32,000 nt of DNA, taken from the NCBI RefSeq assembly GCF_000195975.1, contig NC_005070.1, positions 1,470,001-1,502,000 on the forward strand, in the 5' to 3' direction. The position numbers and the translations under genes are program-made. How positions within the stretch are numbered: the first letter of the stretch is position 1; every line of letters starts with the position of its first letter. Positions 1 to 9,572 of this stretch are shown here, in pieces. The notes beneath the pieces were generated by a model that saw only the letters and a program-made list of their open reading frames with translations, was not told where the DNA came from and ran no database searches. The DNA is from Parasynechococcus marenigrum WH 8102. GTDB lineage: Bacteria; Cyanobacteriota; Cyanobacteriia; PCC-6307; Cyanobiaceae.

Positions 1-603
1 ATTGCATCGCCGATCAACGACATCGCCGACTCGCTCGGCGCTAACGACCTTCCCTACGCGATTCCCCTGCACCCGAACCTGGTGCATCTCACCATCGGGC
101 TGTTCGCGATCGGGATCGCCTTCGACTTCGCTGGCGCGTTTTACCCCTTGGAGAAAAGGGTCTTCCGCTTCCTGGCCCTACCCGTGACCCGCAGCGGCTT
201 TCACGATGTGGGATGGTACAACCTCGTGGCCTGCAGTGGCATCTCCTTCTTCACGGTGGCCGCCGGCTTCTACGAAATGCTGTTGGCGGTACCGCTGCCG
301 GGCATCCGCAGCATCCTCGGCCAGACCGCCATCGACACCATGCTCTGGCATGCCATCGGTGGGGTTGCCATTCTGCTGGTGATCGTCGCCATGACTGTCT
401 GGCGCGGTTACCAACGTTTCGTCTGGCGCAAAGACCTGGGGCGTCAGGTGACCTGGCTGTACCTGTTCAGCGGGGCCTCGATGCTGATGCTGATGGGCCT
501 GCACGGAAGCCTCGGCGCCTGGCTCGCCAGCGATTTCGGTGTTCACATCACCGCTGACCAACTGTTGGCCGCCGGTGCCGATCTCAATGAGGTGCTGCCA
601 TGA
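1..603 (+). CDS. DUF2231-like integral membrane protein (5' end probably outside window)
   Basis: Frame 1 is open from base 1; the track ORF is 82..603 (GTG). Multi-pass hydrophobic protein with an HPxLVHxxIG-type motif near the N-terminus. Its stop overlaps the next start (ATGA at 600-603), so it is likely co-transcribed with the oxidase genes. Confidence 0.6.
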   Translation: MASPINDIADSLGANDLPYAIPLHPNLVHLTIGLFAIGIAFDFAGAFYPLEKRVFRFLALPVTRSGFHDVGWYNLVACSGISFFTVAAGFYEMLLAVPLPGIRSILGQTAIDTMLWHAIGGVAILLVIVAMTVWRGYQRFVWRKDLGRQVTWLYLFSGASMLMLMGLHGSLGAWLASDFGVHITADQLLAAGADLNEVLP

Positions 604-1535
604 CCACCACTGCTCCCAAGAACAGCCCGAACATCGGCGCGATCGTGATCGTGACGGTTGCCGTTGCGATCAACCTGGTGATCGCCAAGTTGATGGCCAC
701 ATGGTCATACAGCTGGTTTCCGCCTCAGGCCTCTTCAGCGGCGCCCTACGTCGACGACCTGTTCGCCTTGGAAACCGGCATCGGCTCCTTCATTTTCTTC
801 GGCTGCACCGGAGTAATGGGTTGGGTGCTGCTGTTCAACCGCGCCGGTAAATACGACGAAAACGACGGTGCGCCGATAGAAGGCAACACCAAGTTGGAAA
901 TCATCTGGACGATCATCCCCCTGGTGACGGTCTTCGTGATCGCGGCCTACACGATGAACGTCAACATGAAGCTTCAGAACCTCGGTCCGAAGCACAAATA
1001 CGCCATCGGCACAGACCCAACGGCATTGATGGAGGCCGATCCCATCGCAGAGGTGGGCCCAATCGATGTGATTGCGCGCCAATGGAGCTGGGAATTTGTC
1101 TATCCCAATGGTGTTCGCAGCTCAGAGCTGCATCTGCCTGTTGATCAACGGGTCAATTTCCGCTTGATCTCTGAAGACGTGCTGCACAGTTTTTTCGTTC
1201 CGGCCTTCCGCCTGAAGCAGGACATCATCCCCGGCAGCATCATTTCCTACAGCCTGACGCCCACCAAAGAAGGGCGATTCCGGTTGCGGGACGCCATGTT
1301 CAGCGGTGCCTATTTCTCCCAGAACCAGACCGACGTCATCGTCGAATCCGATCAGGCCTACGGCAATTGGCTGACAACAACCGCCAAGCAACCGCTGCAA
1401 CCTGGCCTTGACCCTGGCCGTGCTCTTTACGACCGCCGCATCGCCCGCGGCGACAAGGGATGGGCCACGGTGCCGCCTGCACCGCCCCCAATGGTGAACG
1501 ACCCCGGCGATCCCTCCATCCCCCATGACGCCTGA
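600..1535 (+). CDS. ctaC: Heme-copper oxidase subunit II, CuA-less (ARTO/quinol-oxidase-like CtaC)
   Basis: 311 aa with two N-terminal TM helices, then a cupredoxin-like domain (WSWEFVYP, DVLHSFFVPAFRLKQDIIPG). It sits directly upstream of subunits I and III. The CxExCGxxHxxM CuA motif is replaced by DAMFSGAYFSQN. Confidence 0.85.
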   Translation: MTTTAPKNSPNIGAIVIVTVAVAINLVIAKLMATWSYSWFPPQASSAAPYVDDLFALETGIGSFIFFGCTGVMGWVLLFNRAGKYDENDGAPIEGNTKLEIIWTIIPLVTVFVIAAYTMNVNMKLQNLGPKHKYAIGTDPTALMEADPIAEVGPIDVIARQWSWEFVYPNGVRSSELHLPVDQRVNFRLISEDVLHSFFVPAFRLKQDIIPGSIISYSLTPTKEGRFRLRDAMFSGAYFSQNQTDVIVESDQAYGNWLTTTAKQPLQPGLDPGRALYDRRIARGDKGWATVPPAPPPMVNDPGDPSIPHDA

Positions 1536-1538
1536 GCC

Positions 1539-3227
1539 ATGACCGCCACCAATTACGACCCCCGCATCCTCAAGGCGCCCCATCCCGTACCCGGTGCTCC
1601 GGACAACTGGAAGCGCTTCTTCAGCTTCAACACCGATGCCAAGGTGATCGGCATCCAGTACATCGCCACCTCCCTGTTTTTCCTGCTGGTGGGAGGTCTG
1701 CTGGCCATGATCGTGCGCGGTGAACTGATCACACCGCCGGCCGATCTCGTTGATCCAACCGTTTACAACGGCCTCTACACCATGCACGGAACAGTGATGC
1801 TGTTCCTATTCCTGTTCCCAATCCTCAACGGCTTCAACAACCTGTTGATCCCCACGATGATCGGTGCGCCGGACATGGCCTTTCCGAAGCTCAACGCCGC
1901 CGCCTTCTGGCTGGTGCCGGTGTTCGCCGTCGTGCTGATGGGCAGTTTCTTCGCTCCCGGCGGTCCAGCCTCCTCGGGCTGGTGGTCCTATCCGCCGATG
2001 AGTCTGCAGAACCCCCTGGGGCACTTCATCAACGGTGAGTTCCTCTGGATCCTGGCGGTAGCGCTGTCGGGAATCTCCTCGATCATGGGCGCCGTCAATT
2101 TCGTGACGACGATCATCCGCATGCGCGCCCCCGGGATGGGCTTTTTCAAGATGCCGGTGTTCGTGTGGACCGCCTGGGCCGCCCAGACGATTCAGTTGAT
2201 CGGCCTGCCGGCCCTCACCGGTGGTGCTGTGATGTTGTTGTTTGACCTCAGCTTCGGCACCAGCTTTTTCCGGCCTGAGGGCGGTGGTGATCCGGTGCTG
2301 TTCCAACACTTCTTCTGGTTCTATTCGCACCCCGCCGTGTATGTGCTGGTGCTGCCGGTTTTTGGCATCTTCTCTGAGCTGTTCCCCGTTTATGCCCGCA
2401 AGCCGCTGTTCGGCTACCGGTTCGTGGCCATCGCCTCCTTCGGCATCACGTTTCTCAGCCTGATCGTGTGGGCTCACCACATGTTCTACACAGGCACACC
2501 GAACTGGATGCGCCACATTTTCATGTTCACCACGATGTTGATCGCGGTGCCCACCGGCGTGAAGGTGTTCGCCTGGCTGGGCACGCTGTGGCAAGGAAAT
2601 TTGAGGTTGAACACGCCGATGTTGTTCTGCCTCGGAGGCCTGTTCAACTTCATCTTCGCCGGCATCACTGGCGTGATGTTGGCCACCGTTCCCATCGATG
2701 TACATGTGGGAAACACCTACTTCGTGGTGGCCCACTTCCACTACGTGATCTTTAACACGATTGGCTTTGGGGTATTTGCTGGGATCTACCACTGGTTCCC
2801 GAAATTCACCGGCCGCATGTACTACGAGGGCCTCGGCAAGGTGCACTTTGCGCTCACCTTCATCGGCGCCACCTTGAACTGGTTGCCGTTGCACTGGGCC
2901 GGCCTGCTCGGCATGCCCCGCCGTGTTGCTTCCTACGACCCGGAATTCGCCCTTTGGAATGTGATCGCCAGCATTGGCGCTTTCATGCTCGGCGTCGCCT
3001 CGATCCCCTTCATTCTCAACATGGTGAGCTCCTGGGCCCGGGGCCCGAAGGCACCTGCCAACCCATGGCGGGCCATCGGTTTGGAGTGGCTACTTCCCTC
3101 TCCACCACCAGCTGAGAACTTCGAGGACGACATTCCCACCGTGATCAGCGAGCCCTACGGCTACGGCCTGGGCCACCCCCTCGTCGAGGACGAGGAGTTC
3201 TACGTCCGCCGTTCCCAGGAGGCCTGA
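1539..3227 (+). CDS. ctaD: Heme-copper oxidase subunit I
   Basis: 562 aa and 12-TM-like. Diagnostic motifs are present: FFWFYSHPAVYVLVLP, WAHHMF and VAHFHYV (heme and CuB histidines). Confidence 0.95.
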   Translation: MTATNYDPRILKAPHPVPGAPDNWKRFFSFNTDAKVIGIQYIATSLFFLLVGGLLAMIVRGELITPPADLVDPTVYNGLYTMHGTVMLFLFLFPILNGFNNLLIPTMIGAPDMAFPKLNAAAFWLVPVFAVVLMGSFFAPGGPASSGWWSYPPMSLQNPLGHFINGEFLWILAVALSGISSIMGAVNFVTTIIRMRAPGMGFFKMPVFVWTAWAAQTIQLIGLPALTGGAVMLLFDLSFGTSFFRPEGGGDPVLFQHFFWFYSHPAVYVLVLPVFGIFSELFPVYARKPLFGYRFVAIASFGITFLSLIVWAHHMFYTGTPNWMRHIFMFTTMLIAVPTGVKVFAWLGTLWQGNLRLNTPMLFCLGGLFNFIFAGITGVMLATVPIDVHVGNTYFVVAHFHYVIFNTIGFGVFAGIYHWFPKFTGRMYYEGLGKVHFALTFIGATLNWLPLHWAGLLGMPRRVASYDPEFALWNVIASIGAFMLGVASIPFILNMVSSWARGPKAPANPWRAIGLEWLLPSPPPAENFEDDIPTVISEPYGYGLGHPLVEDEEFYVRRSQEA

Positions 3228-3231
3228 ACAG

Positions 3232-3828
3232 ATGACCAGCGTCAACCCTGACATTCAGCTCAATCACACCGCTGGCCATGTGAAGCACGACGGTCACAAC
3301 ATGACCGGCTTCGTGATCTTCCTGCTCTCCGAGAGCGTCATCTTCCTGGCCTTTTTCGCTGGCTACGCCGTGCTCAAGCTCACGGCCCCCCAATGGCTAC
3401 CGGATGGCGTTGAGGGGTTGGAGGTGCGCATGCCTCTGATCAACAGCGTGGTCTTGGTGAGCTCCAGCTTTGTGGCCTACTTCGCCGAGCGATATCTGCA
3501 CAAGGGCAACCTCTGGGGCTTCCGGGCGGTGTGGTTCCTCACCATGGCGATGGGGTCCTACTTCGTCTACGGGCAGTACGTCGAATGGTCGGAACTCACC
3601 TTCAGCCTTAGTAGCGGTGTGTTCGGAGGGATGTTCTATCTGCTAACAGGTTTTCACGGCCTGCATGTGATCACCGGCATCCTGCTGATGGGCTTGATGC
3701 TGGCCCGATCGTTCCGGCCGGGAAATTACGACAAGGGGGAAATGGGCGTCGCTTCGGTGAGCCTGTTCTGGCACTTCGTCGATGTGATCTGGATCCTTCT
3801 GTTTCTCCTTATTTACGTCTGGCAGTAA
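3232..3828 (+). CDS. ctaE: Heme-copper oxidase subunit III
   Basis: 198 aa hydrophobic protein with GFHGLHVITG and LFWHFVDVIW motifs, 4 nt after ctaD. Confidence 0.9.
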   Translation: MTSVNPDIQLNHTAGHVKHDGHNMTGFVIFLLSESVIFLAFFAGYAVLKLTAPQWLPDGVEGLEVRMPLINSVVLVSSSFVAYFAERYLHKGNLWGFRAVWFLTMAMGSYFVYGQYVEWSELTFSLSSGVFGGMFYLLTGFHGLHVITGILLMGLMLARSFRPGNYDKGEMGVASVSLFWHFVDVIWILLFLLIYVWQ

Positions 3829-3832
3829 TCCC

Positions 3833-5338
3833 ATGATTATCGACGATCGCCACTACGACGTCATCGTGATCGGCAGCGGCGCCGGAGGCGGCACCCTGGC
3901 CGGTGCTCTGAGCCGCAAGGGCAAAACCGTGCTGGTGCTCGAGCGCGGCGGGGCGATGGCCCTGGAGGATCAGAACGTCGCCGATGTGGATCTGTTCCAG
4001 AAGGATCGCTACCACCCCAAAAACGAACGTTGGTTTGGTCCCGACGGAGATCCCTTCGCCCCCCAGACCAGCTATGCCCGCGGCGGCAACACCAAGATCT
4101 GGGGCGCGGTGCTGGAGCGCATGCGTGAAAAGGACTTCACCGAAGTCCCCCTGCAGGAGGGAATTTCACCGGCATGGCCGTTCGACTACGCCGAACTGGT
4201 CCCTTATTACGAACAGGCTGAACAGCTGTACCGGGTGCATGGCAAGGCCGGTGTGGACCCCACCGAGCCAGGGCGCCATGGCGACTTCCTGGCCAAACCA
4301 AAAGCGGTGGAACCGTTTCTGGAACCGCTTCGCGCCGCTCTGCAACGCCAGGGATGCCAGCCCTACGACATCCCCATCAGCTGGTCTGACGATCGGGAGG
4401 ACCCGAGTGGCGATGCCCAGCTGTTCGGACTTGAAGCTGGAGATCCGGACCGGCTCACCCTGCGCGACAACGCCAAGGTGTTGCGGCTGCATGTGAACCC
4501 CAACGGTCGAGAGGTGAAGGCTGTGGAGGCGGAGCTGGAGGGAGACACCTGGTTGTTCCGCGCTGATGTTGTGGTGTTGGCGGCAGGGGCTGTGAATACT
4601 CCTGTGATCCTGCTGCGCTCGGCGAACTCCCATCACCCCAAGGGCATCAGCAACGGCTCCGATCAGGTGGGCCGCAATCTGATGAATCTGCAGCTCACCT
4701 CGATCCTGCAGCTGGCCACCGAACGCAACAGCGGTCGCTATGGACGATCCCTGGGCATTAATGACTACTACTGGGGAGACAAGAACGTCAGCTTTCCCCT
4801 GGGGCACATCCAGACCGCCGGCGGCGTGCTGCAGGACGTGTTGTTCGCCGAGTCGCCACCTGTGCTCTCACTGGTGAGCAAATTGATTCCTGATTTCGGT
4901 ATCGAACGACTAGCGTCCCGCTCCGTGGCCTGGTGGGCGATGACGGAAGTGATGCCGGATCCCCACAACAAGATCTGGCTGCACAACGACCAAATCCGCA
5001 TCAATTACATCCACAACAACCGCGAAGCTCACGATCGACTCGTCTATCGATGGATCGACACCTTGAAAGGGGTGGAGAAGGACCCGATCACCAAAGTGGT
5101 GCTGAAGGCTCCCACCCATGCCCGTGGTGAAGCGCCCCTGAGTGTGGTGGGCTATGGCTGCGGCAGCTGTCGAATGGGCGACGACCCCGCCAACTCCGTG
5201 GTCGATGCTCACGGAAAGAGCCATGAGCTGGAGAATCTCTACCTCGCGGACGCCAGCATCTTCCCCAGTTGCCCCAGTGTGGGACCTGGTCTCACCGTGA
5301 TCGCATTGGCCCTGAGATTGGCGGAAAAACTCGACTGA
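3833..5338 (+). CDS. GMC-family FAD-dependent oxidoreductase
   Basis: N-terminal Rossmann motif DVIVIGSGAGGG and a C-terminal GMC_oxred_C-like region (GSCRMG...VVD..G..H...NLYLADASIFP). Starts 4 nt after ctaE. Confidence 0.85.
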   Translation: MIIDDRHYDVIVIGSGAGGGTLAGALSRKGKTVLVLERGGAMALEDQNVADVDLFQKDRYHPKNERWFGPDGDPFAPQTSYARGGNTKIWGAVLERMREKDFTEVPLQEGISPAWPFDYAELVPYYEQAEQLYRVHGKAGVDPTEPGRHGDFLAKPKAVEPFLEPLRAALQRQGCQPYDIPISWSDDREDPSGDAQLFGLEAGDPDRLTLRDNAKVLRLHVNPNGREVKAVEAELEGDTWLFRADVVVLAAGAVNTPVILLRSANSHHPKGISNGSDQVGRNLMNLQLTSILQLATERNSGRYGRSLGINDYYWGDKNVSFPLGHIQTAGGVLQDVLFAESPPVLSLVSKLIPDFGIERLASRSVAWWAMTEVMPDPHNKIWLHNDQIRINYIHNNREAHDRLVYRWIDTLKGVEKDPITKVVLKAPTHARGEAPLSVVGYGCGSCRMGDDPANSVVDAHGKSHELENLYLADASIFPSCPSVGPGLTVIALALRLAEKLD

Positions 5339-5812
5339 TCAATCGCCGAGCAGATACGCCCGCAAGGAGCCGATCGGCCCCTGCTGGGGGGCCTGCTGCA
5401 CCAAGCGCCCCGCCAGAAGAGCGCCGCCAATCACTTCATTCGGTACAAGACGGGACATCAGGCGAGCCTCCAACTCACTATTGATCTCATCGCTTGGGTA
5501 CAGGCTGATCACAGCCATCACCTCGCGGTCATCCATGAAGCGATGGACGAGAACGGTGATCTGGCTGTCATTGAGAAAACTGCGGCCATCCCGACCGAAC
5601 AGGTGTTGCACGGCATGAAACAGCTCATGCCGTACGACCTCATCGATGGAGCGCCCTTTGGAGCGGATGCGCTCCGTGCAGAGGGCAATCTCGGAGCGCT
5701 GGGGGTCGTAGCTACCAATCCCCGCCTGCTGATCGTCACACCAGGCACCTCCCTGAACCGTTCCCACCCCCAACCAAGCCGCAAGAAGCAACAAGAAGGG
5801 AATGGGCATCAA
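5339..5812 (-). CDS. Small secreted HExxH (zinc-metalloprotease-like) protein
   Basis: 157 aa with a signal-peptide-like N-terminus (MMPIPFLLLLAAWLGVGTVQG) and a single HELFH motif. Its stop abuts the GMC stop (TGATCA). Confidence 0.55.
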   Translation of the reverse strand: MMPIPFLLLLAAWLGVGTVQGGAWCDDQQAGIGSYDPQRSEIALCTERIRSKGRSIDEVVRHELFHAVQHLFGRDGRSFLNDSQITVLVHRFMDDREVMAVISLYPSDEINSELEARLMSRLVPNEVIGGALLAGRLVQQAPQQGPIGSLRAYLLGD

Positions 5813-5906
5813 GAATTAACGCTTCCTTAACTTCACCATAACTAATGCGTCTCACGGGTCCTGTGATGGATGCGACGGTTCTCAAGATTTCATCAGACTT
5901 TTGGGA

Positions 5907-7274
5907 TCAACCCATCGTCACGAATTCCTCGGACACCGAGGGATGCAAGGCCATCGTGCGATCGAAATCTGCCTTGGTGGCCCCCATACCGACGGCAATG
6001 GCTGCCATCTGAATGATTTCGGCGGCATGCTCCCCCACCATGTGGCACCCGATCACACGATCCGTCGAGGTCTCCACAACCAGCTTCAACAGACAACGGG
6101 GACCGGTGGCAGGGAGAGCACGCGACATTGATCGGAACCGGGCCCGATGGATCACCACACCATCCACACCGTGCCGGTCGATCGCCGCCTCTTCAGAAAG
6201 GCCCACCGTGGCCAGTTCGGGATCACTGAACACCGCGCTGGCCAAAAGGTCGTGGTTCACCTGTCGAGGCCGAGTGCCAAAGGTGGAATCGGCAAAGGCG
6301 CGGCCTTCGTCGATCGCCACCGGCGTGAGGTTGACCCGGTCGGTGACATCACCAACGGCATAAATGTGGGCAACCGAGGTGCGTGAATCGGCATCAACGT
6401 TGATCCGTCCCTGCTCCACGGCCACACCAGCAGCATCGAGACCCAGACCCTCCAGCCAGGGGCGACGGCCTGTGGCCATCAACACCCCACCGCAGGGCAG
6501 AGCCAGCCCATCCGACATCTGAACCGTCAGGTCACCGGGCTGACCGCTCACTGCCGACACCGTGCGTTCCAACAACACGTGGATTCCCTGCTCCCGCAGC
6601 CCCTCCAGCACGGCGTCCGCCAGCTCCCGGTCAAATCCCCTTAGCAGGCCCGAGCCCCGCACCACCTGGGTGACCTCCACTCCAAGGCCCCGCAGGATGC
6701 AGGCGAATTCACAGGCGATGAAGCCCGCTCCCACCACCACCACCTCCTTCGGCAACTGCTCCAGGTTGAACATGTCATCGCTGATCCAGGTGTGCTCAAT
6801 CCCGGGAATATCCGGGCGCACCGGCCGCCCACCAACCGCCACCAAATAGTGTGCAGCCGAAAGCTCCCGTTGAATCGGACCACCGCGTTCGGTGGCGATG
6901 CCGATGCACTGGTCGGACAGGAACCGGCCCCAGCCATCGATGCGCGCAACACCCGCCTTTTCCAGAAAGCCGAGATGCAGATGATTGAGCCGATCCACCT
7001 CGGCCCGCACCCGGCGAAACAGTTCCGCAACGCTGCTCTCAACGGAACCCAGGGTGAGGCCATAGGCCGGGGCATCGTTCAGTTGATGCCGCGCCTGAGC
7101 GCCGTAGACCAAGAGCTTTTTGGGGACACATCCCCGGATCACACAGGTGCCGCCGACGCGGTCTCCCTCAACAATGGCCACCTTGGCGCCATGGCGGGCC
7201 GCCCGCTTGGCAGCGGCCAACCCTCCAGACCCTGCACCCAGAACAATCAGATCAAAGGTCGACTCGATGGCCAT
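5907..7274 (-). CDS. gor: Glutathione-disulfide reductase
   Basis: 455 aa with the GAGSGG FAD motif, the redox-active GGTCVIRGCVPKK disulfide and a C-terminal HPSVSEEFVTM, typical of glutathione reductase. Confidence 0.9.
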   Translation of the reverse strand: MAIESTFDLIVLGAGSGGLAAAKRAARHGAKVAIVEGDRVGGTCVIRGCVPKKLLVYGAQARHQLNDAPAYGLTLGSVESSVAELFRRVRAEVDRLNHLHLGFLEKAGVARIDGWGRFLSDQCIGIATERGGPIQRELSAAHYLVAVGGRPVRPDIPGIEHTWISDDMFNLEQLPKEVVVVGAGFIACEFACILRGLGVEVTQVVRGSGLLRGFDRELADAVLEGLREQGIHVLLERTVSAVSGQPGDLTVQMSDGLALPCGGVLMATGRRPWLEGLGLDAAGVAVEQGRINVDADSRTSVAHIYAVGDVTDRVNLTPVAIDEGRAFADSTFGTRPRQVNHDLLASAVFSDPELATVGLSEEAAIDRHGVDGVVIHRARFRSMSRALPATGPRCLLKLVVETSTDRVIGCHMVGEHAAEIIQMAAIAVGMGATKADFDRTMALHPSVSEEFVTMG

Positions 7275-7434
7275 GGCGACGTTGGCAACAGATCAATTCT
7301 CTTGAAGCGGAGGATGCCTGTCGACGTGCCACCAGACACATGGCAGAAAGTAAAGGCAGCGTTATGGTTTGAGCAAGATTGGCTCAAGGACACGTGAAGA
7401 GACGTGGAAGCGAGAGCCTTACCACCGTTGACCC

Positions 7435-7674
7435 ATGAAAAAAACGCAACGTTCCAAGCCCCAACCCCCTGATCTTGAGCAACAGGTGCTCCAGCGTCGG
7501 GACATCGTGATGCTGCTCACCTCCGACGACATGAGTCTTCGTCTCAAACAGCTGGCACGCGAGGGTCGCCAGGACGACTGTCTGGCGCTGATGCAGGAAT
7601 TGGGGGACTGGCAGTCCTATGGACGAGGCGATCTGTCCCCGATCCTCCATGCCCCTTACATCGGTTCCGTCTGA
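7435..7674 (+). CDS. Hypothetical 79-aa protein (doubtful)
   Basis: ORF only; no recognisable motif. It overlaps the 5' end of the next ORF in another frame. Confidence 0.2.
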   Translation: MKKTQRSKPQPPDLEQQVLQRRDIVMLLTSDDMSLRLKQLAREGRQDDCLALMQELGDWQSYGRGDLSPILHAPYIGSV

Positions 7675-8881
7675 AGCACTCTCCTGGTCAGACCTGGAGG
7701 GTCTGACCGCTGACGAATCTGACCGCACGCAGGGGCCGACCAATGCCCAGGCGGTTCTTCGCTTGTTCGGCCAGGAAGCAAGCGCTGTTCGCGTCACCCT
7801 TTACCGCGATCACCACGCCTGGTGCCCGTACTGCCAAAAGGTGTGGTTGTGGTTGGAGTTCAAACGGATTCCGTACCGCATCCGCAAGGTGACGATGCGC
7901 TGCTACGGCAGCAAAGAGCCCTGGTTTCTGCGTCGTGTTCCGAGCGGAATGCTGCCGGCCCTTGATCTCGATGGCCGGCTGATCACCGAAAGCGATGAGA
8001 TCCTCCTGCAACTGGAGGCGACTTTCGGGCCCCTCGGCCAACCGATGACCACTCCGGACGTACGCTCCCATCGGCAGCTGGAACGGCTGCTGTTCCGGGC
8101 TTGGTGCCTGTGGCTGTGCTCCCCTGGCCTCAGCCCGAAGGATGACCAACGGGCCATGGAGCAATTCCGGCGCGTCGCCGGGCAGTTCGAGCAAGCCCTG
8201 CGTCAATCACCCGGCCCCTTTCTTGATCCCGCTGCACCGGGAACCGCTGACCTGGTGTTCGTGCCTTATGTGGAACGGATGAACGCCTCGTTGGCTTACT
8301 ACAAGGGATATCGACTCCGCCATGAGCATCCGGCCATCGATGCCTGGTTCCGGGCTCTTGAACAGCTGGCCACCTATCGCGGCACCCAGAGCGATCACCA
8401 CACCCATGCCCACGACCTTCCCCCACAGATGGGCGGCTGCTGGTCCAACCGTTCCGACGCGGCACGGACCATGGCCGATCAAATCGACCGCGGTGACGGA
8501 CTCGCTGACGATGAAGCCTGCTGGGACGCCGACCACAGCATCAACGCGGCGGCCATTGCCCTCGGCCGGGTGCTGCGTCACCGCGAGCGATTGATGGAGC
8601 GAAACCCACTGGGCCGCAGCGGCTTTGATCAACCACTCCGGTGTGCTCTCACCAACCTGATGGGCCAAGGCTCACCGTGCCCCGACCACGGCAGTGCCCT
8701 TGCGCTTCGCCACCTCCGCGATCGGATCTCAGTCCCTCGGGACATGCCCCTGCCGGCCGCTCGGCTGTTGCGTCAGGCACTTGAACGGACGGCAGCACTG
8801 GACGGTCCGGGTCAGCCGCCACCACTGCCGATCCGGGACCGATTCGATCAGGACCCAGCGCCTTTCGTGAGTCGGCCATAG
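7619..8881 (+). CDS. Glutathione S-transferase-like protein (thioredoxin-fold N-domain plus long C-terminal extension)
   Basis: Has VTLYRDHHAWCPYCQKVWLWLEFKRIPY (GST_N/glutaredoxin-like) and MLPALDLDG...ESDEIL. The true start may be the ATG at 7649 (MPLTSVPSEALSWSDLE). Confidence 0.75.
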   Translation: MDEAICPRSSMPLTSVPSEALSWSDLEGLTADESDRTQGPTNAQAVLRLFGQEASAVRVTLYRDHHAWCPYCQKVWLWLEFKRIPYRIRKVTMRCYGSKEPWFLRRVPSGMLPALDLDGRLITESDEILLQLEATFGPLGQPMTTPDVRSHRQLERLLFRAWCLWLCSPGLSPKDDQRAMEQFRRVAGQFEQALRQSPGPFLDPAAPGTADLVFVPYVERMNASLAYYKGYRLRHEHPAIDAWFRALEQLATYRGTQSDHHTHAHDLPPQMGGCWSNRSDAARTMADQIDRGDGLADDEACWDADHSINAAAIALGRVLRHRERLMERNPLGRSGFDQPLRCALTNLMGQGSPCPDHGSALALRHLRDRISVPRDMPLPAARLLRQALERTAALDGPGQPPPLPIRDRFDQDPAPFVSRP

Positions 8882-8903
8882 TGAGACTCTTGACACCTGC
8901 GGT

Positions 8904-9572
8904 GTGGCTCTCGACCTGTCTGGCTACCAACCGATCCCGGAAGCTGGACGCAAGACCGAGCTGATCGAGATCCCCATCGCCAGCCTGCAGCCAACCCAAT
9001 GGTGCGTGGGTCTGGCGGAGGTGTGGGCCCGGCAGGAGGACTTCGCCAGCGAAACCCGCCAGCAACGGCTCGATTACCTCAAGGGCAAACCCGTGCCCCT
9101 GGTTCGCAATGCTGCCGGTGAGGTCTGGATGGTGGATCGCCACCACCGACTGCGGGGTCTGCTGGGTCTGGATCCCCAGTCCACGACCTGGGGATACGTG
9201 ATTGCCGAGCTGCACTGCAGCGACCGCAGCGAGGTGCTGCGGTTCCTCGAACAACAGGGTTGGTTGTACCTGATCGACGGACGGGGGGCTGGACCGCGTC
9301 AGCCGATGGAGTTACCCCGCACCTTGCTCGATCTGGAGGATGACCCCTACCGCAGCCTGGTGTGGAAGCTGAAGAAGGAAGGCTTCATCAAGCCGCAGCC
9401 ACAGATCCCTTATCACGAATTTCGCTGGGGTGCCTGGTTGCGTCGACGGCCCTTGCCACCCTTCAGTTCCCGGCAGCTCCAGCCAGCACTGGCCCCGGCA
9501 CGGCGCCTGGTCTGTTCCCAGGCGGCCAGCACGATGGCGGGATGGAAAGGCGACAAGAAGGCTTGCCGCTGA
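8904..9572 (+). CDS. ParB-like nuclease-domain protein (ParBc_2-like)
   Basis: 222 aa with a GTG start. Contains IPIASLQPTQ...VWMVDRHHRLRGLL, which resembles the putative ParB-like nuclease family. Confidence 0.55.
   Translation: MALDLSGYQPIPEAGRKTELIEIPIASLQPTQWCVGLAEVWARQEDFASETRQQRLDYLKGKPVPLVRNAAGEVWMVDRHHRLRGLLGLDPQSTTWGYVIAELHCSDRSEVLRFLEQQGWLYLIDGRGAGPRQPMELPRTLLDLEDDPYRSLVWKLKKEGFIKPQPQIPYHEFRWGAWLRRRPLPPFSSRQLQPALAPARRLVCSQAASTMAGWKGDKKACR

Noticed and set aside
1806-2894. 362-aa ORF antisense to ctaD. Similar long antisense or alternative-frame ORFs occur at 10233-10985, 11190-12101, 12804-13487, 14102-14962, 16490-16966, 17880-18488, 18259-18903 and 6792-7397.
   Set aside because: These are typical shadow ORFs in high-GC DNA. 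Each lies opposite or inside a gene with unmistakable conserved motifs, and their translations are Arg/Gly/Pro/His-rich with no motifs.
5336-5341. Stop-to-stop TGATCA junctions of convergent genes, here and at 9570-9575 (ParB-like/dnaA).
   Set aside because: Two occurrences of a palindrome formed by TGA and its reverse complement are most simply explained by compact genome packing. There is no further structure around them.
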